Assembly: GCF_037042905.1 (NCBI RefSeq)
Contig: NC_087250.1
Coordinates: forward strand, 22,632,001 to 22,696,000
Direction: 5' to 3'
DNA: 64,000 bases
Source: Lytechinus pictus
Taxonomy: Eukaryota
Both the position numbers and the translations under genes were made by a program. This document shows, one piece after another, positions 39,741-52,689 of the stretch. The notes below the pieces were generated by a model. It saw nothing but the letters and a program-made list of their open reading frames with translations, made no database searches and was not told the DNA's origin. How positions within the stretch are numbered: the stretch's first letter is position 1; the number at the start of each line of letters is the position of its first letter.

Positions 39741-40144
39741 TCTAAGTCTCAGGTTTAAAGGGGGAGTGAACTGCGTGTGGTCTCTTATTAACTGTGTGTT
39801 ATAAATACACAGTCTTAAAATATACGTTTTCAGATATCTCCTAATACTACAGAGACTGAATTGACCTATAACTTTATTTGTATAGAGAAACTAATATGAT
39901 TTTAGAGGAAAAGTAATTGTTTTGCTACTTGGTAACATAATTATAAATGTATGGAATAGATGATTAACATGTTATCATTCAAGCGGGTCTATATTACTAG
40001 ACTACACTAGCATTATGGGTCAGGAAACTGGCCAGGTATGAGTAGTTGAGGACTGGAGATGGCGCTATTGATTCGTATCTGCTTTAAGGTCATCTCAAAG
40101 GGACCAGAGATCTTCAACCATGTATATTTTTCTTTTCTTCGCAG

Positions 40145-40250
40145 GTCACCAATCAAAGAACTGGGGACATGGGATGACTCAAGTAACCGACTTAATATAG
40201 TGGTGATAGGCGAAGATGGGTTAGCTGATGAGCTTGACACAGAAATCAAG
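40145..40250 (+). CDS. ARHGAP35: p190 RhoGAP coding exon 8 (start of pG1)
   Basis: SPIKELGTWDDSSNRLNIVVIGEDGLADELDTEIK|gtatgg; phase 2-0. Confidence 0.92.
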
Positions 40251-40877
40251 GTATGGGACTGCACATTAACTGTATAGACAATGTATAGGTTTGCACCCTA
40301 CGTGGTAAAATAGACCTTTTGTTAATAAAACCCAATGTACTATGGAATGTTTGTTTCTAACTCATCAGAAAAATGAAAGATCACGAAGACTGTATCATAT
40401 TAAGCGATAATAACAATAACAATAGGCATTTATATATCCAAGTGAAATTTTGAAGGAATAACTGGCAAAGGTAATGTTTTTATGAAGCTTTGATTTTTTG
40501 AGAGATTTGGAATCTGAAACTGGATTGTGGTCAATTGCTCCATGTAGGCAAAAACCAAATGAATCAATTTCAAACAATTCAACTTTTTGTGCTACTAAGT
40601 TCATGAAGGTTATATGTAAATGTTTTGGGGAGTGAAATTATATCGCGGCAATAAACCTATATTAAATGGGATAGTCTTCCTCTTCAGATAGGAAACTTGG
40701 ATTACAGAGGATATATGACTTAACTGATTACCTTGTACATGTAATCAACCCAATAAAAATTCAAATAAAGAATGACAACTACATTTATATATCATTATTC
40801 CTTCAACCAAATTTTTGTTCAAACAGATCAGTTATTTTTTGTTTTATTTCATTCAGTTTTCTTTATAAAGATACAAA

Positions 40878-41188
40878 GGCCCGTATTCTGAAGTCGGGTT
40901 TAACTTAAACTCAGGTTTAAAGTTGTGGTTTAAGTATGGGAAGCCAAAAGTATCAATTTTTTTTATTAAGTTGTATGTTTCTTCTGTTTACTGTGCTCTT
41001 TCCTGATTCATCGATGGTGAAGACAATAATTTTTCATACTTCCTAGACAATTATGAATGATTTGAGAGCCAAATGAGCTGAAATATGATATATCTATTGT
41101 TAGTGATTTATGTAACAATTGGCTGTCCATACTTAAACCACAACTTTAAACCTTAGTCTAACTTAAACCCGACTTCAGAATACGGCCC
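40878..41188. mobile_element. MITE family E
   Basis: TIRs, aaa flanks. Confidence 0.9.
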
Positions 41189-42318
41189 AAAGTGTTTCTT
41201 GTTCTTCATAAATATTTATCTGTATTGCAATCTTTTCTGGCTTTTCTATACTGTATGAAATTCGGAATCTTACATGACTTTTGTAGAATTCGCAGGCTAA
41301 ACAGGGCAGCGGAAGAAGTTTGTCCCAGGTATGCGTATGATGCACACCCTCAAGAATTTGCTAACAGATTTCATTAATATTCACCAATATTCTATCATAT
41401 TTCATGGTATAAACTGACTGATTATGCTATCTACACCGTATTTGATGAATTTACTCATAATTCCACATTATTTATTTATTTTCCATAATAATATTCTTTA
41501 ACAATTTCATTTGAATAATAATTTGAATAATTTAAAAATTGACAATGTATGGGATATATAACTCATCATATTAAATAGTTGAAATATTTTTGGAATAAAT
41601 ATTAAATGGAAACTCAACTCGAGTAGCAGTGAATATTCATAACATGAAATGATAATATCAACATAGGAAATAAACAGTGTGTGTTTGTGATTTGTTGCAT
41701 ATATATCTTCTTATTTTCAAAAAATGAGTTTATTTTTTGTTTTTCTGAATCACCAAGATCAAAAAATTTAATTCAGATTTGCTGTGAGTCACACGCACTG
41801 CACACACCAATATTTGGCACAAGCATTTTAACCTATTTTATGTTTGTCCTATTTTATGTCAGGGAATTTAGGGAAATTAAGGAATCTTAGTAAAAGATAC
41901 AAGATATTTTATTTTGTCTTCGCAACATGATAATTACAAATCAATTTGTTTTCCCATGGTATATTGTAAGATTATAGACATACTTGAACAAAACAAATCA
42001 CACAAATAAGTTACTCAGGTATGAGTAAATCAAGCAGATATTATGATGTTACATCTATGAAAGTTTGAGTTGTCCAATATACTTATTATTATTAACATCA
42101 TTTTTATTTATCAAGCCTTGAATACCCTTATAGCAAAGGAGACTTCCCTGCAAAAGCAGGGATCCCGTCAAAAAGTGACCAGCTACTTGTCGACCAAGTA
42201 AAAATGAACCATACAATGACAATGATTTTATTTCTTTGACGGCCACTCTTGGGGGCATAGAAGAAATATAAGAAGCTATAACAATGGCAATGATAGGCAT
42301 AAGAAAAATACTAAGACT

Positions 42319-42734
42319 GGTTTATTTTCAATTGGGCTACTCGTAATTCCAATTGCCAGCTTGTCTACTATCATTTGGTCTACCATCAGTTGGTCCACTA
42401 TCCCCATCCACATGGTCTAATTGCCATTACGACCACTCACCATTTCATCTAATAATCAGTTGGTCCAATAGCCATTTAGTCCACATACCATTTGGTCTAA
42501 TTGGACAAAGTGTTAATTGGGCAAAATGAATGAAAGTAAATAGATATTAGACCAACGCATAATGAGACGAAATGGTCAAAGACGAACTTGTGATTAGACG
42601 AAGTGATGATTGGACCAAATGGTCATTGGATGGTTGTTAGACGCAGTGTTGATGGACGGAATGGTATTAGACTAAATGAAGTTTGACCATTTGGGGACTG
42701 GACGAGTTAGCAGTAGATGAATTGGCAATTTACC
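42319..42734. mobile_element. Interspersed repeat, inverted relative to 21733-22150
   Basis: ggtttattttcaattgg ... gcaatttacc termini match the reverse complement. Confidence 0.75.
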
Positions 42735-44477
42735 CTAAAACCCTTTTCTAGTAATGAAAATATGCAGTGATGTGTTTGCACCTGTTTGCATCTTAAATAT
42801 AATATCAACTGTCATCTTTATATTGAATCCACTCTTTCCAGCCAATAATTTTATATGGTCCATAACAACAATGTATTTTTTTATTTTCTAATATGTCATG
42901 CATGTACACAAATATTGTTTAAAACATCAACTTAATTAAAATTCATACAATTCAATTTTTTGTAAAGTCAAATACTAAAATTTTATTTAATTAGTTATTC
43001 AATTTCAAAATTGATTAATTTTTATCATTCATATTCCCACTCCATGATGGCCAAGTAATATTTCTAAATTAACATTCATACTGTTTTCAGTTCTACAGTT
43101 TTAAGTAATAGCAATATTTCTGTTTCTTCATTATCAGATATACAGTGTACAGGGAATAATTTTCCTGGTATCGCATCGCAATTTGCTCCATATTTTTGAA
43201 AGTCTGCTATGCATAAAGTCTTTTGTATAGCCTGTTTTTACATAGGACTGTACATTACTTAGTTGAGAGCTTTTTTACTTAGTTGAGAGCTTTTCTCTTA
43301 TGACCAAAAATGCTATTCAAATTTGTAAATCAAAATTTTTACCGAGTGTGCTTTAAGCTCTTCATAAAATAAATTTTGCTTTATTTATATTCAATGTCAA
43401 AAGAAATAGATATAATAAAGGATGGTGGGACATGGGCGATGTTTCATCAAACCCTTTTAACCCATTCAACACTATTTCAAATTATGATTTAGCCAGTCTG
43501 ATGCAAGGAGTTCATTATGGGGAGGGTGTCATTAGCATGATGTCAGGGACTTTTGCTGACAAATTGTTTCTAAGCCAATCACATGCAAGGATTTTAGTAT
43601 GGGGGAAGGTTTCATAAAGCATCATGCGAAATGATTTTCACAGACACACCGTTTCTAAGCCAAACAGATACAGTGATTTCAATGTAGAGGAGGGTTTCAC
43701 GAGGAATCGCATCTGGGAATTTCCCCCAAAAAATTGTTTCTCAACTGATTTAAAGGATAACATTGGGAAAATTACTAATAAAAAGTTTGATGAAATAATG
43801 TGCAGATCATTTGTTTCATGACGGCAAGACCCCTGAGACATGAAAAAAAAAACTGTGGGTTACTGTCAGAAAAGGAAGAATTAGTGCAGTCCCTCCAGCA
43901 AACTGCAAAGTGGTGGCAATTGACTCCTAAAATGTACTATAAGTATTAAGCTCTCTCAACCGTTCTTGTTGTCCAACGATATTCACTTGAGAATCACGAT
44001 CAGGAACTCAATAGATACAGATATAGAGCGATTCCGTACGTGTCGTACGGGACATTTGCATTTTGACAACAATGTCTAGTTTCCTAGCCGAATGCTTGAG
44101 CAATAAAATATTCTTTTTTATCAATGATAAAGCTATAGTGGGTAGTCATGTGAAAAACTAATAACCAACACAAAAAAAATTGATTATGGGTGAAGGTGAA
44201 TTATAGGTGGAAATGTTGTGTCGTACGGGACACAGAAATGTCTTATACGACACTTAACATTCTAAGCTCTAATTCACCAATGTACAACATATTTTTGTTG
44301 GTTGTCAGTTTTTTGCATGTCTACCCAGTAGTACTTTGATATCACCACAAAGCAAATTGAAGTTCTTCGTTCATTTGGACAGCAGATTAAAGAATGTGAA
44401 AATGGCTGATTTTTCTAGCATGGAATAGCACTATATAGGATTGGGTCTAATCTTGTATATCTTCCCATCCTTTGCAG

Positions 44478-44601
44478 TCGCAATCATATGACGGGGACTA
44501 CACGTTGGATAAGGTATTATACAGTCTTGAGCTGAAGACTATAGAGGGCAACATAACTCATCCTGGTAATCAACTCCAAACGGAAAGCTTCACTCCGCAA
44601 G
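44478..44601 (+). CDS. ARHGAP35: p190 RhoGAP coding exon 9 (pG1)
   Basis: tttgcag|SQSYDGDYTLDKVLYSLELKTIEGNI...SFTPQ|gtaaga; phase 0-1. Confidence 0.92.
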
Positions 44602-45047
44602 GTAAGAAAAGTGGCTTGTCATTGGGCGATTTCAAGTCCGGTGTTGGTTTTGGAAGCACAATTGGGTTTGCATTTCCTGCATGTAGCTCTAAAACCTATC
44701 CTGAGTTTACACATATAATCTTGATCACAATATTGACAGCTCAACACCTAATGAGTGACTTTACAGGACCAAATTAATTTTATGACTGGTACTATACTCG
44801 TGTGAAAATTGACATACATGTAATACCAACACCAAAAGGTCAAGACTGAACATGAAATCGCTCAATTTGTCCTGTGATATTTACTTACATGTATAATCTT
44901 TGACAATTCCATTGCATCTGTAAGAAATAGGATAACGATTGTATAATTGTGTGTAACCGTAAGTCTATGGAAAGCCATATACGAAAAATATACAGTCAGT
45001 CATAACTATCAATCGCATCTCTTTGTGTTACCCCCCCCCCCCCCCAG

Positions 45048-45246
45048 GTTGCATATGTGTCTTCACGTCGCTCGAGGGTTTCCAGTACGTCAGAGATTGC
45101 CTGGAACGTACCATTCTCTCCGATAGGGAGGAGTACAACTCATCTACCCTGAGGGACCTGGCCGTGGTGCTAATGTTCGGTCGGAGTACCAGTCCGGAGG
45201 CTGACACGGCCCAAGTCAGGGAGCAGGCCGACAAGTTATGTAGCAG
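45048..45246 (+). CDS. ARHGAP35: p190 RhoGAP coding exon 10 (pG1)
   Basis: GCICVFTSLEGFQYVRDCLE...ADKLCS|gtatgg; phase 1-2. Confidence 0.92.
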
Positions 45247-45861
45247 GTATGGTGTCTTTAAAATGCCTCAAGTAAAATTTGAAAATAAAGTTATCATATC
45301 ATGGGCTAAGAAAAATTGAAATTAATATATGGAAATAATAATGGAAAAATTCTACTGTTATAGTAGAACAATACTGTCACTGCCTGGTAATTTGTAAATA
45401 TGTCATCTCCTATGCTGGCCAGGGGTGGCATTTTAATGCTCTTTGTATCTCACCGAAAAGGTGCTACATAAATATGAACTATAATTATTATTGGAACAAC
45501 GTCGCTAAGCACGTTACAGATATATCATTACCCTGATCATCAGGTTTTGGCATGCGCGTAGGCAATTAATGCACTTTTTCCATTCCCTTGGGTGGATAAG
45601 ATGCGTCTGTGACGTCATAATGGAAAGCAGGTATGACCTCGTCGTCAGTGTGATCCTAGGAAATTTTGAAGAATTCAAGCAAAAAATTCTTTCCACTATA
45701 AATTCATTCTGCCTACCTGCTTTATGAAACAGTTACTGCATACATTTTAAAACTTGTGCTTGTTGCACAGTGTAAATACGTACCCTTGAATGTGCTGCAT
45801 TGCCACCACACACTCTTAAATGTGCATTATTTGTTTTATTTTTATTATTTACTTTCTGTAG

Positions 45862-46044
45862 ATTGAACAACTGTCAAATCGTCAATGTGCCTCCAGACAA
45901 CACCAACCTGTGGCAGGGGAAGAAATTCAGCGAATCTCAGATACAGGACGCCCTCAGGTCGGTGGTGGCCGGTCAGAAATACCGCAGCGGAACCCCCAAC
46001 CAGGCGGAGAGTGACCGAGGCGAGAACGGCGATAATGCTTTCAG
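45862..46044 (+). CDS. ARHGAP35: p190 RhoGAP coding exon 11 (end of pG1)
   Basis: LNNCQIVNVPPDN...KKFSESQIQDALRSVV...DNAF; phase 2-2. Confidence 0.9.
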
Positions 46045-46269
46045 GTTTGGACTTTTAGTTATACGCCAGTTTGCTTGTTGTTAAATGAGCTTAATATTTG
46101 GCCTAGTTTTTAACCTCCTACCACTTAATCTCTGATCTTTTATTCACATTCTATGTTCTTCACATTTTTCAGGTGTTCCACAAAAAGTTAATTTTGGCAT
46201 CAGATCTTGTGTAACTGCCAATGAAGTAGACATGGTTGAAGTCCATCTTACTTTTTGTGAAACACCTGA

Positions 46270-47931
46270 GGATCCTTCCTCCTCTCTTTGTGTTTTCTAC
46301 CTTTTTATCTGTGTCTCTCTGTCCCACTCTGTCTCACTTTTTCTCTTTGTCTCTCTCTTTTGCATTCTCTCTGTCTTTTCCCTGTGTTTCTCTGCCCTAT
46401 ATCTCAGTTTCCCTGTCTTTGTCCTTCTCTTTGTTTCTCAGTCTCCCCTGTCTCACTTTTTCCCCCTTTGTCTCTCTGTCTTGCTGTCTTTGGCATTATT
46501 TGTGGCAGTCGTTATTTTCTAATGTCAGGTTTTTCTGTGTACGAGTACATTAATATGTAGCTCATATAAAGTTGACATGAATATATTTTTCTGCAAAAGC
46601 CTGTTTCATGCCTTCATCCTTTTAATTTTTCCGCCCTTTTCATTTGTTCTCATTATAACTTTCTATCATTTACCCATGTCAATGTTGTATATTTTCCACA
46701 TTTACTTGGTATGGTTAACTATTACATGACCGTATATTATCTTAGTCTTAACCATTGCATCTCCCAACTCTTTGCAAAGATAATTTCATTCTGCAGCAAA
46801 TATTTATTTTATTGTATTCTATTTCTTTCTTGCCTGCTGATTCTTGTATGTTTGTACACGACTTGTAATTTCCATTTGACCACTTTTTGCCTTCTGCTCG
46901 TGTTTATTCAATGTTTTGATTTACCAATTCTTCCTGTTATTATCTCTTTCCCTATCTCCTGTGTCACTCTACTCTTCCACTTCCTCTTCTCTTTGCTTTA
47001 CCTCTTGTTATCACTCTTTGTTTATGATGCTCTTCACAATCTCTTTTCTCCCCCTCTTCCACTTCCTTCCTTTATTTCTTTCTTCCCCTCTATGTCTTTA
47101 TTCTCCTTTCTATCGTTTTGCTTTCCCTTCTCTCGCGTTTTTCACTGTGCCCCCCCCCCTTTTTCAATGACTTTCTTCACAATCTCTTCTCATTCTATTT
47201 TTCTCTCTATGACTCTATATCTCTTTATCATACTCTTACCTTCCTCTTGTATTCTCTCATTTTGTCTCTCTTTCCTTTATTTCTTTCTTCCCCTTCCTAT
47301 GTTATTCACTCTTTCCTTACTCCTTTTTGTTTTCCCTACTTATTCTTTGCTGTGCCCCTTTTTTCTATTTGAGTTCGTTCACAATCTCTTCTCATGCTAT
47401 CTCTCTCTCTCTCTCTCTGACTTTATTTTTCTTTGTCTTACTCTCCTATTCCTCTTGTTTTGCTCTCATTCTTTCTCTCTTAGTATCCCCCTCTCTAACT
47501 TGCTTGTCCTTTGTCATATCTCTTGTATTTTCTTCTTGTATTTTCTCTTCATTCTTCCCTCTCAAATTTGCTATCCTTCTCCAATCTCTTTGTCTCACTC
47601 TCCTTCTCTTCTGCTTGTATTCTCTCATTCTTTCTCTCTTAGTACCCCCTCTCTAACTTGCTTCCCCTTTGTCATATCTCTTCTTGTATTTTCTCTTCAT
47701 TCTCCCCTCTCTCAAATTTGCTATCCTTCTCCAATTTCTTTGTCTCACTCTCCATCTCTTCTCCTTGTGTTCTCTCAATCTTTCTCTCTCTGCCTTTCAT
47801 TGCACCTCACCCTCAATCCCTTCCCATATCATGATGTATATGCTTATCACTGCACCATCTGATCATTTGCATGCTTTTCTCATCTGCTACTTGCACACAC
47901 ACACACTCACCTATTTTCCTTCACCTATGGT
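46270..47931. repeat. Long pyrimidine-rich low-complexity tract with a ~159-bp internal duplication (47464-47790)
   Basis: C/T-dominated; the duplicated unit carries ctctctaac. Confidence 0.85.
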
Positions 47932-47933
47932 AG

Positions 47934-48029
47934 GATTGGCATGTGCATAGCGTGTGGTGATCCCTTCTCACCTGAATTAGTACTGCCTTTTCTCAGGACG
48001 CACAACTGCAGCCTCTCTGCTTTAGATAG
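47934..48029 (+). CDS. ARHGAP35: Candidate alternative (duplicated) exon 12a of p190 RhoGAP; may be a pseudoexon
   Basis: tag|G IGMCIACGDPFSPELVLPFLRTHNCSLSALD, paralogous to the exon 12b start with the same phase; 96 nt if the weak donor AG|gtacac is used. Confidence 0.5.
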
Positions 48030-48994
48030 GTACACCACTCTTACTCATTCATGCCACCTTTTCATTTTGCACACTACCTTATGGTATCCAACAGAATTGA
48101 GCACACTCCTTATTACTGTAACTCTTCACTCAATGATTTTATAGAATTCAAACAGTATGTGAAAATATTTAAAGATGATACACCTTTATGACAGGATACT
48201 TCATATTTTATGACTATGAAGCTTTTGTTTCAAATACAGGTGTATACAAAGCTTAACAACATATCCTTGAGGGATGTACTCACTTCTGTTGGATACTATA
48301 CTGCACATTAAACCTTGCTAAATACCTTATATTGCTATCTTGTATTACTATTCCTATACATTACTTCAATCACATTTATTTTTGGATTGTTTTCAAATAT
48401 ATGATGTTTGGCTTCTAATCATTTTTCCATATTCCATAAGACTAGTATTTTTTTGGTAAATTTCATTTACTTTGAGAACTCTATCATGTGTAGATAAAAT
48501 TCTTCATACATAATATTTTGCCATGTTTAAGTTTTTATCAAGTTGTATAAGATGTATTTTTTAGTAGAAAAATCAAAGATAGTGCAAATAAAAACACTTG
48601 ATTTTTTTCTGATTGTAATGCTGACCTATAAATGTAGCATTTCCTATGGGTTGGTGTCCTCTCTCTAGTGTTGTTATATATGTATAATGTAGAAAGTAGC
48701 AACGTATGTTATTGGCAAGATAAAGAGTGTATAAAATAGGGAAAAGACCTTGATAGAAAACAAATGTTTCTTGACAATTTCATTTTCCAAGGCAGAGGGA
48801 ATACTTAAATACATAAAAAAAACCTTTGTTGAAAAGTATGCGTAGAATTTTGATATGTTGGTATAAAGCAGGTCTGGTCTAAAACGACATTCCTGATTTG
48901 ACCTCATTTTGACCTCATTTGCATAACTCCTCCCCCAATCCACCACCACCACCACCAATATCACCAACACGTTCACCCTTCTCTACCCCATCAG

Positions 48995-49252
48995 GATCGG
49001 CCTATGCATGACTTGCGGTGACCCCTTCCAGCCGGACCTCGTCTTGTCGCCGATCACGAGCCACAACTTCATGGCCACGCCCAACGAGAAGAACTGCATC
49101 ACGAGCGACTTGTTCCTCATCGATACCAAGTGCCGGGTGGACTTTGAGATCTCTTCGTATCATCTCAGTGAGAGCCTACGGGACCAGCGGGTTCACCATG
49201 GCTACATCCTCGTCTATGCAGCTCAACGGAAGGCATCACTGGAGATGCTAAG
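48995..49252 (+). CDS. ARHGAP35: p190 RhoGAP coding exon 12b (pG2)
   Basis: IGLCMTCGDPFQPDLVL...HHGYILVYAAQRKASLEML|gtatgt; phase 2-2. Confidence 0.94.
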
Positions 49253-49829
49253 GTATGTTGAAATACAGTCAACTCTTAGGAGCGTTTCACAAAAGGACTT
49301 GTCGGACATTTCATTTGACAAGTCCATTTTATCCAGCAGTTTCCTTTGTAACCATGCTTCTCAGGCAATCAAAACCAAGGAAAGAAGTCAGATCTGACAT
49401 CTTGTTGGACAGACATTTTGATGAAGGGTTCCCTGATATGTGTTTCATAAAGCTATTCATGATATTACCAAGAACTTTTGGAAGGACTGGAACGTGTTCT
49501 TAGGTGATAATTCAGTTATATATGGATTATCGTGTCGCGTAAGAATGGGTCACAAGTCGTGCGTTTAGTCTTTCATAACTTACGAACAGCTTATGAAAAG
49601 GCCTCTATGTGTGTATAGAAGGTCTAACTTGCGTTTTCCCTCTTCCTGTATAATATTCTTACCTTCAAGCTACAAGAAGTTACAGGGTCACACAAGTATT
49701 AAGTACCCTGAGCTGCTTCCGGGAATTTTTGGTCATTGTCAGTTGTGAGAATTACTACTTCTTCTGTCATACAAATACCTGTACAAGAATGAATAACTAC
49801 AACATGATGATTTTCTTGTCTTATTTCAG

Positions 49830-49990
49830 GTGGTTCATGAAGTTAGTTGAGCCTATACCGACCCTAGTGGTGGCTGTGTGTGAAGACATCAACTCGGCTG
49901 CGGACGGCATAGCGGAGGGCCAACGTCTTGTGGACGGGACAGCCACTGCAAAACTAGTCACAGCCAATTGCTCATCGTTCAGAGAACAAA
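49830..49990 (+). CDS. ARHGAP35: p190 RhoGAP coding exon 13 (pG2)
   Basis: ttcag|WFMKLVEPIPTLVVAV...AEGQRLVD...SFREQ|gtatgt; phase 2-1. Confidence 0.9.
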
Positions 49991-50928
49991 GTATGTATTC
50001 ATTGTGGTGACCTGATGGGAATTTATTCCTTCAATTACAGTGTGTGTATCAGTGGTGATGCGATATTTGCTCTCGCGATAATTGCTCCGGGTTTAATTTC
50101 GTACCTCCCTCAATGGCTAAGCTTTATATTAAGGAGCCCTAGACTTTGTCTCTAGACTTTGTCTATAGACTTTGTCTACCATTTTCAGATGTGTTGCAGT
50201 TTAATTTCACTCTCACAAGTATAAGATAATTATTTCTCCAAATGTAAAAAGGCAATTGTTTTTACTTTAAATCTAAGGATGTATTTGGTGGATTGCTTGG
50301 AAGTGAAACAAAATAATTTTGTTAAGCAGAAAAATAATTTTGTTTAACAGTAATTCCTGAATATGGAGTGATTGATACATGTAGATCTAGGAAAAAACCT
50401 GCAGCTGAACCGACTCCATCTGCTGGTATGTCTTTTCACCGAAGCCAAAGAGTGACCAGAATTGAACTTAAACTGTATCATACCATTACAATGAGGACAA
50501 AGCTTGATGAGGCTCGTTTAACTGAAGATATATTTATATGATTCAGTACATTAGCGAGGTGACACAACATTTGCTTCAGCGACAATTGCTCTGGGCTTAC
50601 TTTCGTCTAATGTGTAGGATTAGGGTTTTAATGAGGTTTGAGGATAGGTTTAGGTTTAGGGTAGGGTGTAGTGTTAAACCCAGGGTTGAAGTTGGTCATT
50701 CGATTAGTGTGTGGAATTTACAGCAGAGCAATTATCGGCGGAGCTAATGTCTTGGAACCGTAACAGCTGCTAGGCAAAAGCCAGTGAGGGTAATTATGTT
50801 GCATCGCGATAATAATGATAATATTCCAACGTCATCCAGCTTTTCATTGTTGTTGATTTGAAAAGTTGAAGGAAGAGTCTCTCTCGTAGCGAATGTGAGG
50901 AGGATGTTTAAAATGTGCCTTAGGAGAG

Positions 50929-51222
50929 TGGAGCGTCGTGGCCCAGTGGATTAGTCTCCGGACTTTGAAACAGAAGGTCGTTGGTTCAAATCCCGGCCAT
51001 GGTGTAATTTCCTTCAGCAAGGAATTCATCCACAGTGTGCTGCACTCGACCCAGGTGAGGTAAATGGGTACCGGCAGGAAGTAATTCTCAAAAAGCTGTG
51101 TGCACCGAATAGGTAGCCTAGCTTAGCCGGGTAATAATAATAGCAGGGCCCGCTGGGAGAACAGTTTTCGGAACTGAAGTGGCTACCTTCGGTAAATATA
51201 CCGTTATTGTTATTATTATTAT
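50929..51222 (+). mobile_element. tRNA-derived SINE
   Basis: Close match to the 14901 copy; (TTA)n tail. Confidence 0.88.
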
Positions 51223-51279
51223 TAAGAGTTTATTTCAATATGACTCTTTCATATTCAACTCTTTGTGAATCACCCACCA

Positions 51280-51604
51280 GGGCCCTGTCTTACAAAGAGT
51301 TAAGATTGATCTGATCAACCTCAAGTATATGGAAATCCATCAACGTCATAATTTTTTCTTCAGGAAATTTGCACAATGTCTTTTTCTTCAGGAAATTTGC
51401 ACAATGTCTTTTTATTCAGGAAATTTGCACAATGTCCTTTGAAACAAAGAGAATCACACTGAATTATAAAAAAATAGTGAATGTATGAATATACGTCATA
51501 TCTAGAAATATTTTGAAGAAACATGTATTTTAGATGTTGACGTTGCTGGCTGTCCATAGTTGTGATTGATTCGATCAATCGTAAATCTTTGTAAGACGGG
51601 GCCC
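51280..51604. mobile_element. MITE family C with an internal triplication
   Basis: cag TSD; ttcaggaaatttgcacaatgtc x3. Confidence 0.85.
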
Positions 51605-51688
51605 AGGTGTACTTGTGAGCAATATAAAAAACACAATGTTATTTTTATTTCATTTTCTTTCTTTGTTGTTTAATTTTCTTTCTCTCAG

Positions 51689-51803
51689 CTGTGATCTACA
51701 ACAGTTTCTTGAAGGAAGCCCACAGGAAGAGGAAAGAAACAGAGAAGCTTTACAAGGCAGATGAGATCACTAACAGACCTCCAATGGAGTTACCCTCTCC
51801 AAG
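51689..51803 (+). CDS. ARHGAP35: p190 RhoGAP coding exon 14 (end of pG2)
   Basis: Long pyrimidine tract, cag|(T)VIYNSFLKEAHRKRKETEKLYKADEITNRPPMELPSP|gtaagt; phase 1-2. Confidence 0.88.
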
Positions 51804-51876
51804 GTAAGTCTTTTTATAAAATCAAAGTTGAAGTCAAATTATCAAACAAATATTATCATAATTACCACACACCACA

Positions 51877-52689
51877 GCTCCGTCTTACAAAGAGTTACAA
51901 TTGATCCAATCAATCTCAACTGTATGGAAATCCATCCTTACCAGAATTTTTTCTACAGGAAATTTGCAAAATCTCCATGGTAAACAAAGAGAATCACACT
52001 GAATCTTCAAGAGAATGAGGAATGTATGAAAATACAATCTATCTAGAAAATATTTTGAACAAATTTGCATTTTAGATGTTGATGATGCTGGCCATCCATA
52101 GTTGTGGTTGATCGGATCAATTATAACTCTTTGTAACACGGGTCCCTGGGGCCGTAACACAAAGCTTAGCAATGACCGTAGAACGGTTTTCTACGATTGA
52201 TTCCATTGACTACAATGTACAATCGTACAAATCAAGCGTACGATTAATCGCTAACCTTTGTGTTACGGGACCCTGGTGGGTGTTTCATAAAGCTGATCGT
52301 AATCAACGAACGACTGGTGACCCATTCTTGTGCTACATAATATATCCCTATGTAACTGACTTAGCACTAGAACATGTTCCAGTCGAGCTTTTTACGAAAA
52401 GCTTGATGAAACACCCACCAGGGCCCCATCTTACAAAGAGTTACGATCGATCCAATCAATCGTGACTATGGAAATCCATCAGTGTCATAATTTTTCTACA
52501 GGAAATTTGCAAACGTCCTTTGTAAAAAAAGGAGATCACACCAAATTGTCAAGAAATCAATGAATTTATGGATATACATTCATATCGAGATTTGTTTTTG
52601 ATCCAACATGCATTTTATATGTTGACTTTGCTGGCTTTCTATAGTTGCGATTGATCGGATCAATCGCAACTCTTTGTAAGACAGGCCCC
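51877..52689. mobile_element. Cluster of four abutting MITEs (C, gggccgtaacacaaag-type, D, C)
   Basis: Four TIR pairs joined by single CTG/CAG triplets. Confidence 0.82.

Noticed and set aside
46711..47862. 383-aa ORF rich in L/F/S
   Set aside because: Artefact of a purine-poor tract that cannot form stop codons; intronic, no domain signature
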